Shown: piece by piece, positions 1 to 10,471 of the stretch | Layout of the letters: each line of letters begins with the position of its first letter | Numbering within the stretch: the stretch's first letter is position 1 | NCBI GenBank assembly: GCA_041752695.1 | Contig: JBGSVZ010000019.1 | Span: 32,001-96,000, forward strand | Source of the DNA: Terrimicrobiaceae bacterium | Lineage (GTDB): Bacteria > Verrucomicrobiota > Verrucomicrobiia > Chthoniobacterales > Terrimicrobiaceae | DNA length: 64,000 nt | Direction: 5' to 3' | Position numbers and translations under genes: made by a program | Notes under the pieces: generated by a model | What the model saw: only the letters and a program-made list of their open reading frames with translations | What the model was told of the DNA's origin: nothing | Database searches by the model: none

Positions 1-75
1 CTGTCCGCCCGCGAACATGAGCTTCTGAAACAAGGGAATGCGGTCTTCGGCCGCGATTTTATGAATGTGAGACAT
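1..75 (-). CDS. MFS/GPH-family (MelB-like) sugar transporter, N-terminus only (runs off the window edge)
   Basis: Read by hand: ATG at 75 gives MSHIHKIAAEDRIPLFQKLMFAGGQ, 12 nt after the upstream stop; 'EDRIPLxQKLxF/YG' resembles the start of GPH-family transporters. Only 25 codons visible. Confidence 0.6.
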   Translation of the reverse strand, partial: MSHIHKIAAEDRIPLFQKLMFAGGQ

Positions 76-87
76 AAAAAACGGGCG

Positions 88-1989
88 TCAATCCGGGAGG
101 CTGATTTGATAAGCGATCTGGCCGGCAGAGAGCGCCGCCCCTTCATGCACTAACCGCAGCCGATGAACTTTTGCGGGTTGCCCGTCGTGATCTTGAAAAA
201 AACAGGTTTCCACTGGAAGCAAGCGGGCCCCGTCCACAGGTCGGATTCGCGTCGAGCCCGCGGCCGAGGTGATAAAGCCGTCTCCTTCCTGCACGCGGAC
301 CGGGTCGCCGCAGATGATCAGGGATTGGACCACTCCGGGGGCGTTGAGTTCAAAATCGTCAGTCACGGTTAGGACCCCGGCAGCCTTCTGCCAAAGAAAC
401 CTCCGGTGCAGACGCCGGCAGTCGGCCCTGGGGGGATAACACCGCGTGAGATCCAGCACAAACTCCCCGCCATCCTGGCCGTGGCGGACGGAGAGCACCG
501 AGGCCGCGTAGTTTTCTCCCTCGGACTGTTCACAGCCATTCACGAAAGGCACGGAATGACCCAGGGAACGGGCGGCCAGAAAGTCGTACCGTTTGACCCC
601 GAAAAAATCGTGAGTGTATTCTGGAGCGCCAATCTCGTGAATGACACGACTTCCGTCAATATTCACAATGTAGCTTCCGCAGTCGTTATGATTGTGGTGC
701 TCTCCATTGTGACCTCCCTTGGCGGCAAACTCCCAGAGCCGTCCCCGACTGTCTTTGCCCCGGGTAACCAAAACTCCCAAGTCAGGAAGAAAACAATCCG
801 TTGAGGGAAGACCATCCCCGGTCGGTTCAACTGTCGGACAAAGGAGGAGGGTCCGGAAAAGTGAAAAGACGTCGGCCCGCTCCGCCTCCCACTCGAACCC
901 TTCTCTCAGAAGTCTGCGATAGGCCTCCCCGGCCGCCCCGCGACACTCAGGGTCATCGAGACGATCCGCCAGATAACTAAGAACCGAAGGCCTCAGCCCT
1001 CCTGACGGCACACCATCCGCAAAATTGACCAGGTTTCCGCCGGATAACGCCATGCGCGGCCCGTAGCGCGCAATCTCATGGATGTGGGCATCGTCCGCGA
1101 AAAGGGACAACTCCCCGCCGGTGCGGGTCTCGAGCTGTTCGTTCAGCACGGTGAACCAGCCAAATCCATAGCCCCAATATCCCGGCCCTTCCGAACATCC
1201 CCCATCAGGGCTGTAACCCTTCAGGAAATGAGGCAATCGTGTCCGCATGCGGTCGAGAATCGCCGCCAGCCGCTCGGGATCGTCAATCTGCGAAAGCGCC
1301 GCACCAACCACGCCCTGATGACAAACCGCATTCCAATTATGCGTGACTTCCATCCAGTGAAAATCCCGCTCCATAAAGTTGTCGAAGATCCCGTGCGTCA
1401 GTCTTTGCCGAACCCTATCCCGCAGGCCGTTTGGGATCACGTCGCCGAAAACATCGAGCATTTCCGCCATGAGATTCGCGGTCTCGGCGCAGAAGAGATC
1501 AATTTGCATCGGCTCCTTCCCGGAGGGATCGTCATGACTCCAATTGGTGTGCGCCGGAAGAGCCCAGGAGACTTCCTCGAAGATGTCCTGAAACTTCGAC
1601 AAGACCGACGCCACGAACTTATCCCGCCAGGGATCGTCCTTGGCCGCAAGCAGCAGACTAAGAGCAGCCCGGGCCAAACGCCGACGTCTTTCGAAATAGA
1701 CCACCTCAAAAGTGAGACGCACTCCCGTGCGATGGAAATGGCCGTAAAGTTCGTCCGTAAGTTCCGGCAAGGGTTCCGTGCATTCCTGCTCCGCCAAATC
1801 ACGCGCAGGGGCGGCCAATTTTTGCACCAAGGGGTTCCGTGCCACGCACTGCCACTCGCCCGCCTGCATCGGAGGCAGCAGCGGCTTGCGGGGTTGACGC
1901 GCCAGCACGGCGGCGATCTCTGCTGACGTCCACTCACCGTGCAGGAGATTCGCGGAGCGGCCCTTTTTGCCGGCGTTGGGAGCAATCAT
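88..1989 (-). CDS. Heparinase II/III-family protein (polysaccharide-lyase-like)
   Basis: Motifs HNWNAVC, DGGCSEGPGYWGYG, KGGHNGEHHNHNDCGS, SLGHSVPFVNG. Start moved to ATG 1989, which overlaps the GH130 stop (ATGA). Confidence 0.85.
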   Translation of the reverse strand: MIAPNAGKKGRSANLLHGEWTSAEIAAVLARQPRKPLLPPMQAGEWQCVARNPLVQKLAAPARDLAEQECTEPLPELTDELYGHFHRTGVRLTFEVVYFERRRRLARAALSLLLAAKDDPWRDKFVASVLSKFQDIFEEVSWALPAHTNWSHDDPSGKEPMQIDLFCAETANLMAEMLDVFGDVIPNGLRDRVRQRLTHGIFDNFMERDFHWMEVTHNWNAVCHQGVVGAALSQIDDPERLAAILDRMRTRLPHFLKGYSPDGGCSEGPGYWGYGFGWFTVLNEQLETRTGGELSLFADDAHIHEIARYGPRMALSGGNLVNFADGVPSGGLRPSVLSYLADRLDDPECRGAAGEAYRRLLREGFEWEAERADVFSLFRTLLLCPTVEPTGDGLPSTDCFLPDLGVLVTRGKDSRGRLWEFAAKGGHNGEHHNHNDCGSYIVNIDGSRVIHEIGAPEYTHDFFGVKRYDFLAARSLGHSVPFVNGCEQSEGENYAASVLSVRHGQDGGEFVLDLTRCYPPRADCRRLHRRFLWQKAAGVLTVTDDFELNAPGVVQSLIICGDPVRVQEGDGFITSAAGSTRIRPVDGARLLPVETCFFQDHDGQPAKVHRLRLVHEGAALSAGQIAYQISLPD

Positions 1990-2972
1990 GAGACCGGTCG
2001 ACACAGGGCTAGCAGATCGTCCACGTGCGCGGTGGCCAGGGCCACCACGGTGTCGGCGCCGCCGTAGTAAATTTTTACCTCGCCGCTGTCCTCAAGGATC
2101 ATACCACCCGGAAAAATCACGTCGTTACGGAAGCCCTTCCGCTCGTAACCGGCCTCGGGATTCAGCAGCGGTTCCTTGCTTATTCCGATGACCTTCGAAG
2201 GATTCTCCAGATCGAGCAGCATGATGCCGCCGTAGTATTTCTTATGCCACTCCCGTTCCCAGCCGCCGTAGTTGATGCTCTCGTCCCGCCAGACGGCATG
2301 AAACGTCGTCAGCCAGCCTTTCGCAGTTTTCACCGGGGGCGCGGCCGGCCCGGTTTTATCGTTGGCAAACGGCACAGACTCCACAGGGAGAACCAATTCG
2401 TGGTCGCCCCAATGTTTCAAGTCGGGCGACCAACCGGACCAGGTGTCGAACCGATCCCGTCCACGGCTGTAAACCGGAAAAGGACGCTCCAGGCGAAAAT
2501 ACCGCCCCCCGATTTTTTCCGGAAAGAGCACCATGTTTCGGTTGTCCGGAAGACTGAGGGACAGAATTTCGAAATTGGCAAAGTCTTTTGTCCGGGCAAT
2601 GCCGCCGCGCAGGCCATGCCGCGTGTCCATGGCAAAACAAATATGCACCACGCCATCAATCACGGTAATCCGAGGATCGTAGACCCGGAGCACCTCCTCA
2701 TCTCCCACCTGCCAGCAGGGCTCTGGCTGCACATCCCATTTCACACCATCGTCGCTGAACGCAAGCCCCAGCGAGGTTTTGAATCTCGGATGATGGCTCT
2801 CCCGACCTTCCCGGAAGGGACGCCAATCTTCCTCAGTGCTGCCGTAGTCGTTGCGGAAAATCATGACATACCGGCCTTCGTATTTGGCGACGCCGGCATT
2901 AAAGATCAGGGAGGCATCATACGGGATGTCCGAGGCCTGTAGGATGGGATTGGAAGGGTGGCGGTGAATCAT
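1986..2972 (-). CDS. GH130 beta-mannoside phosphorylase/hydrolase
   Basis: NPIL, IFNAG, YDPRIT, NRNMVLFPEKIGG, GPAAPPVKT..GWL, VIFPGG, IYYGGADT motifs. Confidence 0.9.
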   Translation of the reverse strand: MIHRHPSNPILQASDIPYDASLIFNAGVAKYEGRYVMIFRNDYGSTEEDWRPFREGRESHHPRFKTSLGLAFSDDGVKWDVQPEPCWQVGDEEVLRVYDPRITVIDGVVHICFAMDTRHGLRGGIARTKDFANFEILSLSLPDNRNMVLFPEKIGGRYFRLERPFPVYSRGRDRFDTWSGWSPDLKHWGDHELVLPVESVPFANDKTGPAAPPVKTAKGWLTTFHAVWRDESINYGGWEREWHKKYYGGIMLLDLENPSKVIGISKEPLLNPEAGYERKGFRNDVIFPGGMILEDSGEVKIYYGGADTVVALATAHVDDLLALCRPVS

Positions 2973-2988
2973 AACTTAGAGGGTTGTC

Positions 2989-4122
2989 TTAACGGGTTCG
3001 GCCAATCAATTCTGCGACCGAAACCAAGGCCACGTCCACCCGATCGTGCACGGTGGTCGTATAACAGATATACCGATCATCGAGGCAAAACTGCGGATGC
3101 GGGTGCAGGTGGGTGCATTTGGTCAAATGCGGGGCAAGCGGGCCCCGGTTGACGATCTCTATCTCCTTGCCCGTGAACGTGTCCCGAAACATCACATGAC
3201 AATCGGGGTTGTGCGGTTCGTCCATGCGGTCGGCCACGAGAAACCGTCCACTACGGTCACAGTGCGCGTGCGACAGCGCTCCCGGCCACATCATGGTCTC
3301 CACGCCCGTGGCGACCTCAACCTTTTTGACCCCCACGCCGTAATGCAGATACCAGACATGCTTGCCATCGGCGTCCCACCACTCGTGTCCGCTGTGACTC
3401 ACCGGGGCTTTTAGGATGGGACGGGCTTTCTCCCCGCGTCGGATGATCCACATGCGATGATACGGGCGGTCATGATCGAATGGTTCCGCCCCATGATCCA
3501 CCCAGTATTCGTGTGCGAACATTTGCACCTCCGGGTCGGTCGGGCTGAAAAGTCCGTGATTATAGACACCTTCCAATTTTTGCCAAAGACGGAATGGAGA
3601 TCCATCCAATGGCAAATCGCCGATGAAACTAACTTTGTTCCCATCTGCACGGAGAGAGCGGGCATCCAGATTGATATGACGGCGATCGGCGGAAAATGTC
3701 GGGTGAGTCGCCAATTGGTCAAGTCTCCCCTCCAACAGGTCCGATGGAAAACGCCCGACCCGGCAGGCCTGGTCACCGTGGAGCGGGCCGCGTTTCCAGA
3801 TTTCCAGTTCATTCCCCCAAATCACATCGCCCGTACCCGGATCGACGAGCGGCCGAGAGGAGGGAAATTGGGTTTCGTGATAAACCCGCAGTTCGTCGTG
3901 CTCTAGGTCCACGACCCCAAGCACTTGCTGCGCGTGCCTGCCGCCTTCCGGCGGAAATCCACAAGCCAGCCACAGATAACGGCCATCCTGGGAGAAGCTG
4001 GGGTGGGTATAATAGAACGACTGCTGAACCGGAGCGGCGCGCTCCGTTAGGATTAGGCTTTCGACCCCACTGGAAGGATTTTTCCAGCAGGTGAAAAGGC
4101 GAGACGTCTCCGGCGTATTCAT
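2989..4122 (-). CDS. Oligogalacturonate lyase (PL22)-like beta-propeller protein
   Basis: YYTHPSFSQDGRYL, NHGLFSPTDP..FAHE, GHEWW, HPHPQF motifs; no signal peptide. Confidence 0.7.
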   Translation of the reverse strand: MNTPETSRLFTCWKNPSSGVESLILTERAAPVQQSFYYTHPSFSQDGRYLWLACGFPPEGGRHAQQVLGVVDLEHDELRVYHETQFPSSRPLVDPGTGDVIWGNELEIWKRGPLHGDQACRVGRFPSDLLEGRLDQLATHPTFSADRRHINLDARSLRADGNKVSFIGDLPLDGSPFRLWQKLEGVYNHGLFSPTDPEVQMFAHEYWVDHGAEPFDHDRPYHRMWIIRRGEKARPILKAPVSHSGHEWWDADGKHVWYLHYGVGVKKVEVATGVETMMWPGALSHAHCDRSGRFLVADRMDEPHNPDCHVMFRDTFTGKEIEIVNRGPLAPHLTKCTHLHPHPQFCLDDRYICYTTTVHDRVDVALVSVAELIGRTR

Positions 4123-4124
4123 CG

Positions 4125-5180
4125 TCAGGCGAAAGCCGGGGGGCTCTTTGCTGCGGAGGTCCGGGACATCAAGGCTTTTAGTTCAAAGTACGACGGCTTA
4201 CAATCTCCCTCTCGATCAAGTAAACCCCAGGCGGTTTCGGCAGGGCAGTCCGGCTCAAGGCATTGCCAGCATCTCTTCGCGTCCCGCCAGGAATAATAAG
4301 TCGCGCCGATCACAAAGGGTTTCTCCGTAAAGATCCGGAGGGATTCGCGAAGAAATTCCGCTTGAACCTCCGGGTTATGCCGACCGTGCCAGGAGAAACG
4401 CCATTTCTTGACCTGGCAGGGATAAACACCCGCAAGTTCCTCCTCCTCGCTCATCATTTCTCCCGCGGACGCATAGCCAAACTCCTGAATGATAATAGGC
4501 TTTCCGGTGAGGTGGTAAAATCCATCCAGATATTCATGCCAACTTTCGGGTCCGCCCTTCCGCCAGGTGCCGGGGTAACTGTCGAATCCGGCATAATCCA
4601 CCGGAAGCGTCGGATCCCCATAGATACCGCGCGCCAGCACAAGCCCTTCGTGAGCCTCGGTGTTGCCATCCACCTCGCCGGGGAGGGAGGGAAAGAGAGT
4701 GATGTTAACCCCGACCTTCACCTGCGGGACCGCCGCTTTCATTCCCCGGATGCCAGCTTTCAAAAACTCGACGCTCTGGTCCATGGACAAGACGCCCCGA
4801 AAAATCCAGATATCCAGTTCGTTGGCAATTTGCCACCAGTCAATCAGCCCCCGGAACTCCTCGGCAAAAAAGGCGCACATCCGGCCATAGTTGGCATAAT
4901 AGTCCGAAGACCCCGGGTCCCCGGCAAGTGGATGCATTTCGCGGGGCTGAGGAGTCAATCCCATCAACTGAAATCCCTGCCTGCGCAGCGCCTCCACGCG
5001 AATTTTGGCTGCCTGGAAGGCTTCGCTCTGCTGGGCATTTTGAAAAAACGCCTCCTGGTCAAAGCCAAAATCTCCAAACCGCAGCCAGCCGATTCCGGCA
5101 CCCCGCATGAGTTCCAGATCACGGTCTGTGAGTTCCGGGAGCCGGGCGGCCACCCCAAGCATAAATTCGTTGTTTATCAT
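4125..5180 (-). CDS. Clan GH-A glycoside hydrolase (family uncertain: GH39/GH53/GH5-like)
   Basis: [16 protein letters not shown] (acid/base), [11 protein letters not shown] (nucleophile), WGLL...KPSY. Confidence 0.75.
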   Translation of the reverse strand: MINNEFMLGVAARLPELTDRDLELMRGAGIGWLRFGDFGFDQEAFFQNAQQSEAFQAAKIRVEALRRQGFQLMGLTPQPREMHPLAGDPGSSDYYANYGRMCAFFAEEFRGLIDWWQIANELDIWIFRGVLSMDQSVEFLKAGIRGMKAAVPQVKVGVNITLFPSLPGEVDGNTEAHEGLVLARGIYGDPTLPVDYAGFDSYPGTWRKGGPESWHEYLDGFYHLTGKPIIIQEFGYASAGEMMSEEEELAGVYPCQVKKWRFSWHGRHNPEVQAEFLRESLRIFTEKPFVIGATYYSWRDAKRCWQCLEPDCPAETAWGLLDREGDCKPSYFELKALMSRTSAAKSPPAFA

Positions 5181-6325
5181 CGTAGCTTAGTGGACACGAA
5201 TTTTTTACCCGCGAGGGCCTCCTTGGCGGGCAGGCCCCAAAAGGGCGTCGGGGTGTAGTTCCAATCGGAAAGCATCACCGGAGTCGCCCAGGTGTGAAAC
5301 GACCAACCTGTCCAATTGAGGCGGTGCTTTTGGATGACCGCCAGCATGTCTGGAACCCAAGTGTATGGGTCTTCCTGACGGTCCGGGGGAAGGAAACTCA
5401 TCTTTTTGACATCGGCACCAACTTCCCCGACGAAGATGGGGTACTTCGCCGCTGCATCGAGAAAGGATTTCTGCCAGTCTTTTTTCCACGGATAAACGTG
5501 CGTGGAATACATAATGCCGTTGCCGGATTCGTCCTCCAGCGCATACCCGTCGAGAATCCCGGTAAGATCATAAGCCCAGTCCAAACCACCGGCGATGATG
5601 ACATTTTTCGCGCCGGTCGCACGAATCACTTCGACCAGCTTCTGCATGCCGGGAGAGTCATAACCCTCGTTCGCCCTTTTCTCTTCTTCACTCAGGAAAG
5701 CCGACTCATCGACTTCCTTCTTTTTCTTCTCCTCGACAAAACCCCCGTTCCGCCAGACCACCCAAGTAATGCCGTGCGGTTCATTGATAATGTCGAAAAG
5801 CACCGCAGGATGGTTTTTGTATTTGGTCGCAACATCCTTCCAAAATTCCAACTGCTCCGGCTTCACGGCGCGAAACACATGATTGTCGATCACGAGGTAA
5901 CATCCACGGTTGGCCGCCATATTGACCGCGGCATCCACAATGGCGCGATAGGCGGCACCGCCATCCGTCTGGGCTTTCGTTTTGGCCGTTTCCTTGCCCC
6001 GGCCAAACCAATATTCATCCTTCACCGCAAGACGCACCACATTGGATTTCCACTCCTCGATGGCCACCTTGGTGGAGTTCACAACCCCGTGACCCTCGGG
6101 CACAATTTCCAATCCCGGAACGGCCACGCCCTGCAACCATACCTCCCTGCCGTCGGGGTCGGTAAGGCGGTTGCCGGCGACCTTGATTTCCTTCGGCCAG
6201 TTCTCCGGCTTGGGGGCCTCCGGCGGAGGATCCTTGGGGTAATTTCGATCACTGCTATCGGCCATTGTGCTGGTGACCATGGCTAAAAACACAACCACGG
6301 CCTTCGTTCCTCCTGCAACTTTCAT
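5177..6325 (-). CDS. GH5 glycoside hydrolase, secreted
   Basis: [32 protein letters not shown]; likely start ATG 6325 (MKVAGG..., signal-peptide-like, ATGA overlap with the upstream stop). Confidence 0.9.
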   Translation of the reverse strand: MKVAGGTKAVVVFLAMVTSTMADSSDRNYPKDPPPEAPKPENWPKEIKVAGNRLTDPDGREVWLQGVAVPGLEIVPEGHGVVNSTKVAIEEWKSNVVRLAVKDEYWFGRGKETAKTKAQTDGGAAYRAIVDAAVNMAANRGCYLVIDNHVFRAVKPEQLEFWKDVATKYKNHPAVLFDIINEPHGITWVVWRNGGFVEEKKKKEVDESAFLSEEEKRANEGYDSPGMQKLVEVIRATGAKNVIIAGGLDWAYDLTGILDGYALEDESGNGIMYSTHVYPWKKDWQKSFLDAAAKYPIFVGEVGADVKKMSFLPPDRQEDPYTWVPDMLAVIQKHRLNWTGWSFHTWATPVMLSDWNYTPTPFWGLPAKEALAGKKFVSTKLR

Positions 6326-6573
6326 AACGGCATTGCGTCGAGCTTTACCTGCCATTTTCCGTCCGCACCGGCTACCGCGCTCTGAGTTTGGTCGGCAAAA
6401 CACAGGGTAATTTTTTCGCCGGGATCCGCCCAACCCCAAACCGGAACCGGCATTTCTCTTTGCAGAACCATGCCCGGACCCAGGATGGCCGGAAGCTTCA
6501 CCTCGGCCCGCACCATCGTCGCCAGGACCACCACCGCAAGAGCCGCGGCAAGGGGGACGCGGGGCGCCTTCAC
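6322..6573 (-). pseudogene. Truncated sialate O-acetylesterase (signal peptide plus N-terminal domain only, 83 aa)
   Basis: [36 protein letters not shown]...[10 protein letters not shown] is the typical N-terminus of this family; it stops before the catalytic GQSN motif. Confidence 0.8.
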
Positions 6574-6574
6574 C

Positions 6575-8821
6575 TTAACGTAGTTCCCCCTTCATCTCGA
6601 ACTGCTTGCCGGACAGCGCATCCTTGGCCTGTTGACCCCAGAACGGCGTGGGTGTGAAGTCCTTGTCCAGAAGCATGCGCGGGCTGGCGCTGGGGTGGAA
6701 ACACCATCCGGTCCAGTTCAGGCGGTGCTTCTGAATCAGCGCCAGAATGTCGGGCACCCAGGTCTCCCAATCCTCCTGCTGCTCAAGAGGCATGAACGTC
6801 ATCTTTTTGGCATCGGCCCCGACTTCCCCAAGCAGGATCGGGTATTTTTCCGCAGCATCGAGCAGGTATTTTTGCCAGCCGCTTTTCCAGGGATAAATGT
6901 GGCAGGAATACATAATGCCGTTGCCCTCGGCGTCCTTGAGTCCGAAGCCGTTGACGATCCCATCGAGCTGATAGGCGTAGTCCAATCCGCCTACGACCAC
7001 GATATTCTTCGCACCGGTGGATCGCACCGCATCAAGCATCGCTTGCATGCCGGGAGATTCGAAGCCTTCGATCTTTTTCTTCTCTTCGGCCGAAAGGAAG
7101 GCAGCCTGATCAGCCTCAATCCGCTTGCCGACAAATCCTCCGTCGCGCCAGACTTCCCAGGTGGTGCCATGGGGCTCGTTCATCAGGTCAAACAACACCG
7201 CCGGATGGTTTTTGTAGCGGGCGGCGGCGTCCTTCCAAAAATCGAGATATTCTTTTTTCGGGGCACGGTAGGTATGCAGATCGAGCACAACATAAACCCC
7301 GCGATTAGCCGCCAGAGTGATGATCTGATCCACAATCTTCCGATACGCCGCCCCGCCGTCATTCGAGTCCTTCAGGCCGAACCAATAGTCGTCTTTCACG
7401 GGCAGGCGGATCACATTGGATTTCCAACCCTCAATTGCAACGATGGTGGCACGCTCGACCTGCTCACCCCGGGGATTCCACTCAAGGCTCGGAATGTTCA
7501 CGCCCTGCAACCAGACTTCCTTGCCGGAGGGATCGACGAGACGGTTGCCGGAAACCTTCAATTCGACCGGCCATTTTTCGGGGTTCGGGCCCTCCGGGGG
7601 AACGAGGCTTTTTTTGGCCTGCTCCACCGCTTTCTGAGCTTCGGCAATCAACGGGGCAGGATCAGTCGGCCGGACCTGCACGTCGTCGATCTCGAAAGTT
7701 CCCGCATTAGCCTGAAACAAAGCCGGCATGAGCGCGAGAGTCACCGCACCCTCTGGCACGAGAAAACTCCTCTTCTTTTCCACCCATCCCTTAGTGTCTC
7801 CGCCGGCCACGGCTGCGCCCGGCTGCTTCGGGGTTTTTTTTCCGGAAGCATCCAACGAGTCGATCATGATCCGTGCATCGAACCACGAATTTTTGCCCCG
7901 CTTGAGGCCCGTGACTCGCTGACGCCAGGTCATTTCCAAGGCCTGGGTTCCGGCGGGCACATCGAAGGTGCGATACACCATGAACATCTGCCCGGGAGTT
8001 TTGGAATCCAGACGCAGAAAGTGATTCCCCTCTTCCTGTTCCCACGAGACACCGTCCTTGGTGCTCCCCCATCCGTCTGCAAATCCTGCCCCTTTGGAAT
8101 CGGTCTCAAAGTTTCCATTAGTCAAAAGCGATCCAGCGGACTCGAAAGTCGCCGCAGCCTTGGCTTGGCGCTTCGCGGTGCTGGCCGCCAGTTTTTCCGC
8201 TTTTTCCGCGGCGGCGATTTCGGCTTTTTCCCGGATGGGCGCTGCATCGATCACCTTGATCGCGACGTCGTCCAGATCGAAAACACCGGTTTCCACCTGA
8301 AACAAGGCGGGCATAAACACAAAGGATGTTGCCCCAGCCGGAATGAGGAACTGGACACTGCGCTCCTCCCAGCCATTGGTTGATTTGCGCAAATACGGCG
8401 CACCGGGTGAGCCCTCAATTTTTTGGTCATCGGCATTACGAAACTCCAGCATAATCCGGGCGTCGAACCACGCTTTCAGGCCTGGACGCAAATCGGAGGC
8501 GCGTTGCCGCCAGAACATTTCCAGCGCCTCGGCCCCACCGGGGAGAGCAAGTTTCTGATAGAGAAGAACCGTGGCATTCGGCTCAGGACTTTTCAGTCGG
8601 ATGAACTGGTTCCCGTCTTCTTCTTCCCGGCTGGCATCTTTGTTCTTCGACCAGTGGTCGGGCCAGCCATCCCCATCGGAATCCATCTCCATGGAACCGT
8701 TCATTTGGAGCGAAGGCACCGCCGCCTGCGCCTCGGAAGTCGCGACTCTCGCGCCCTCCTCCGCTTTCAGGGTTGGGAAAAGTGCGATGGCGGAAAGAAT
8801 CAGGGAGAGGAGCTTTTTCAT
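6575..8821 (-). CDS. GH5 glycoside hydrolase with two tandem N-terminal CBM-like (galactose-binding fold) domains
   Basis: Signal peptide [20 protein letters not shown] (ATG 8821); internal repeat NGxxExDS..G..D.W / WFDARIM / MPALFQ..G.F..DDV; C-terminal FDLMNEPH and LGEVG. Confidence 0.9.
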   Translation of the reverse strand: MKKLLSLILSAIALFPTLKAEEGARVATSEAQAAVPSLQMNGSMEMDSDGDGWPDHWSKNKDASREEEDGNQFIRLKSPEPNATVLLYQKLALPGGAEALEMFWRQRASDLRPGLKAWFDARIMLEFRNADDQKIEGSPGAPYLRKSTNGWEERSVQFLIPAGATSFVFMPALFQVETGVFDLDDVAIKVIDAAPIREKAEIAAAEKAEKLAASTAKRQAKAAATFESAGSLLTNGNFETDSKGAGFADGWGSTKDGVSWEQEEGNHFLRLDSKTPGQMFMVYRTFDVPAGTQALEMTWRQRVTGLKRGKNSWFDARIMIDSLDASGKKTPKQPGAAVAGGDTKGWVEKKRSFLVPEGAVTLALMPALFQANAGTFEIDDVQVRPTDPAPLIAEAQKAVEQAKKSLVPPEGPNPEKWPVELKVSGNRLVDPSGKEVWLQGVNIPSLEWNPRGEQVERATIVAIEGWKSNVIRLPVKDDYWFGLKDSNDGGAAYRKIVDQIITLAANRGVYVVLDLHTYRAPKKEYLDFWKDAAARYKNHPAVLFDLMNEPHGTTWEVWRDGGFVGKRIEADQAAFLSAEEKKKIEGFESPGMQAMLDAVRSTGAKNIVVVGGLDYAYQLDGIVNGFGLKDAEGNGIMYSCHIYPWKSGWQKYLLDAAEKYPILLGEVGADAKKMTFMPLEQQEDWETWVPDILALIQKHRLNWTGWCFHPSASPRMLLDKDFTPTPFWGQQAKDALSGKQFEMKGELR

Positions 8822-8899
8822 GGAGAAATGGGGCATTTTGTCCGGGGGAATGATCGGCAAGGGAACTGAAGCCGGAAGAGAGAGGCTAAACTCGGCGAA

Positions 8900-8976
8900 G
8901 CGCTATGTCACTACTATGCGCTTGTCAATTATTCCCTGCTGATGAGCGTTTCCCGGTGATATACTAACGCTTTATC
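8900..8976 (-). promoter_or_regulatory. Candidate promoter/operator region for the GH5 operon
   Basis: Perfect TTGACA (8923-8928, minus strand) but no good -10 box; LacI-like half-sites nearby (GGAAACGCTCA, GATAAAGCGTT). Confidence 0.35.
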
Positions 8977-8996
8977 GCAAAAAACTCCCCCTCGCC

Positions 8997-10346
8997 TCAC
9001 GGCGAAGCCATGGAAGGAGACGAGAAGTCCGCCAACACCGAGGGACGTTCCTCGAAAACGGTCACCACCAACTCTCCGAAAAGCGTATTCGCCCAAGCAA
9101 ACCACGGTCGCGAAAAGACCCGCGCATCATCCGCCCGGAAAGACTCGTGCATAAAACCCGTGCCCGCATGACTGGTCACCAACTGACGAAGACAAAATTC
9201 GACCTCTGCGTCGTCAGTAGCGGTGAGCGCCTGCATGGTTAGCGCCATCGGCCAGATCGTGCCCGGTCCGGTGTGGGGACTGCCAATGCCGGCTCCCGCG
9301 GGTCCGGTGACAAAATGCGGGTTGTCCCCGCTCAGGCAGAACTGTCGGGTGCGGAGATATCGGGGATCCGTTTTGGCACAGAATCCCAGATAGGGTAACG
9401 AGAGCAGTGAAGGGACGTTGGCATCGTCCATCAGGTGAGCCCCTCCCAAGCCATCCACCTCGTAGGCCCAGATTTCGCCGTGCACCGAATGATTCACCAC
9501 GGCGTGGTTTTCCAGCGCCGCAAAAATTTCATGGCTGAAGCGCGACGCCTGACCGGAAAGATCCTTGGCGCCGAGGATCTCCAGAAGGGGGCCGATGTCC
9601 CGCAGGGCGACCGCCATCATGGCATTGGCTGGCACCAGAAACGGGAAGGCCACTAAATCGTCCGACGGACGAAAAGCGCACCGGATGAGTCCGCACTCCG
9701 CACTGGGAAGCCCTCGCCCGCCACGAGGCAAAACTGTGCCGCCCGGCCGCTCAAAGGAATACGCGGAACGCTCCCCCGCCCCCTGCTCCATCTCGAGCAA
9801 GCCGAACAGCGCCGCCATGGCCGCCCGCCACGTTTCATCAAAAGGGGACACATCCCCTGTCGCCGCCCAATAGCCCTGCGAAAGACGGACAAAATACGCC
9901 AGACTGTCCAACTCCCACTTGCGCTCATGCACACCCGGCCGCATTTCTGTCAGATCGTCCTTCCAATGCCCCAGAACTGGGTCGCGATAAAAAGCGTTGG
10001 CATACGGGTCCAGCACAATTCCCCGGGCCTGCCGCCGGACGACCCCCGCCAGCATCGCCCGCAGCTTGTCATCCGACCGGGCCAGGGGCAAAAACGGCCA
10101 GACCTGCGAAGCGGAGTCCCGCAACCACATGGCCGGAATATCCCCGGTGATAACAAACGAATCCGGCCCATCCAGCTCCTGATAGTCAACCGTGGTGTCG
10201 AGCGTGTTCGGCAGACAGTTCCGAAAAAGCCAGGCTAACGCTTGATCGGCAATCCCCCCCGCGACACGATCAGCCAGATCCTCGACGCTTGCGCTGGAAA
10301 ATGTTCTCTGTTCCGGAACGGGACGCTGGGTGGCCAAAAGGTTCAT
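8997..10346 (-). CDS. GH125 exo-alpha-1,6-mannosidase family
   Basis: TGDIPAMWLRDS, ERKWELDSL, FRPSDD, MDDANVPSLLSLP, MHESF, RPWFAWAN. Confidence 0.95.
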   Translation of the reverse strand: MNLLATQRPVPEQRTFSSASVEDLADRVAGGIADQALAWLFRNCLPNTLDTTVDYQELDGPDSFVITGDIPAMWLRDSASQVWPFLPLARSDDKLRAMLAGVVRRQARGIVLDPYANAFYRDPVLGHWKDDLTEMRPGVHERKWELDSLAYFVRLSQGYWAATGDVSPFDETWRAAMAALFGLLEMEQGAGERSAYSFERPGGTVLPRGGRGLPSAECGLIRCAFRPSDDLVAFPFLVPANAMMAVALRDIGPLLEILGAKDLSGQASRFSHEIFAALENHAVVNHSVHGEIWAYEVDGLGGAHLMDDANVPSLLSLPYLGFCAKTDPRYLRTRQFCLSGDNPHFVTGPAGAGIGSPHTGPGTIWPMALTMQALTATDDAEVEFCLRQLVTSHAGTGFMHESFRADDARVFSRPWFAWANTLFGELVVTVFEERPSVLADFSSPSMASP

Positions 10347-10390
10347 GATGTCTGAATTTCGAAAACTAGGCTGGAATTTTGTCCAATCGG

Positions 10391-10430
10391 AAAACGACAG
10401 CGCTGGCTAAAGATAACCTCCAGCCAGCGC
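10391..10430 (-). terminator. Putative intrinsic terminator after the PEP-CTERM gene
   Basis: 9-bp stem GCGCTGGCT (10400-10408) / AGCCAGCGC (10422-10430), followed on the minus strand by TGTCGTTTT. Confidence 0.5.
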
Positions 10431-10471
10431 CGATTCCCCCCAGAAATAGTTTTCCGCCGTGACTCTTCGCG

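Noticed and set aside
6632..8383. 583-aa plus-strand ORF (likewise 60641-62398, 43997-45445, 51022-52425)
   Set aside because: Each lies opposite a well-supported gene and has no family motifs.
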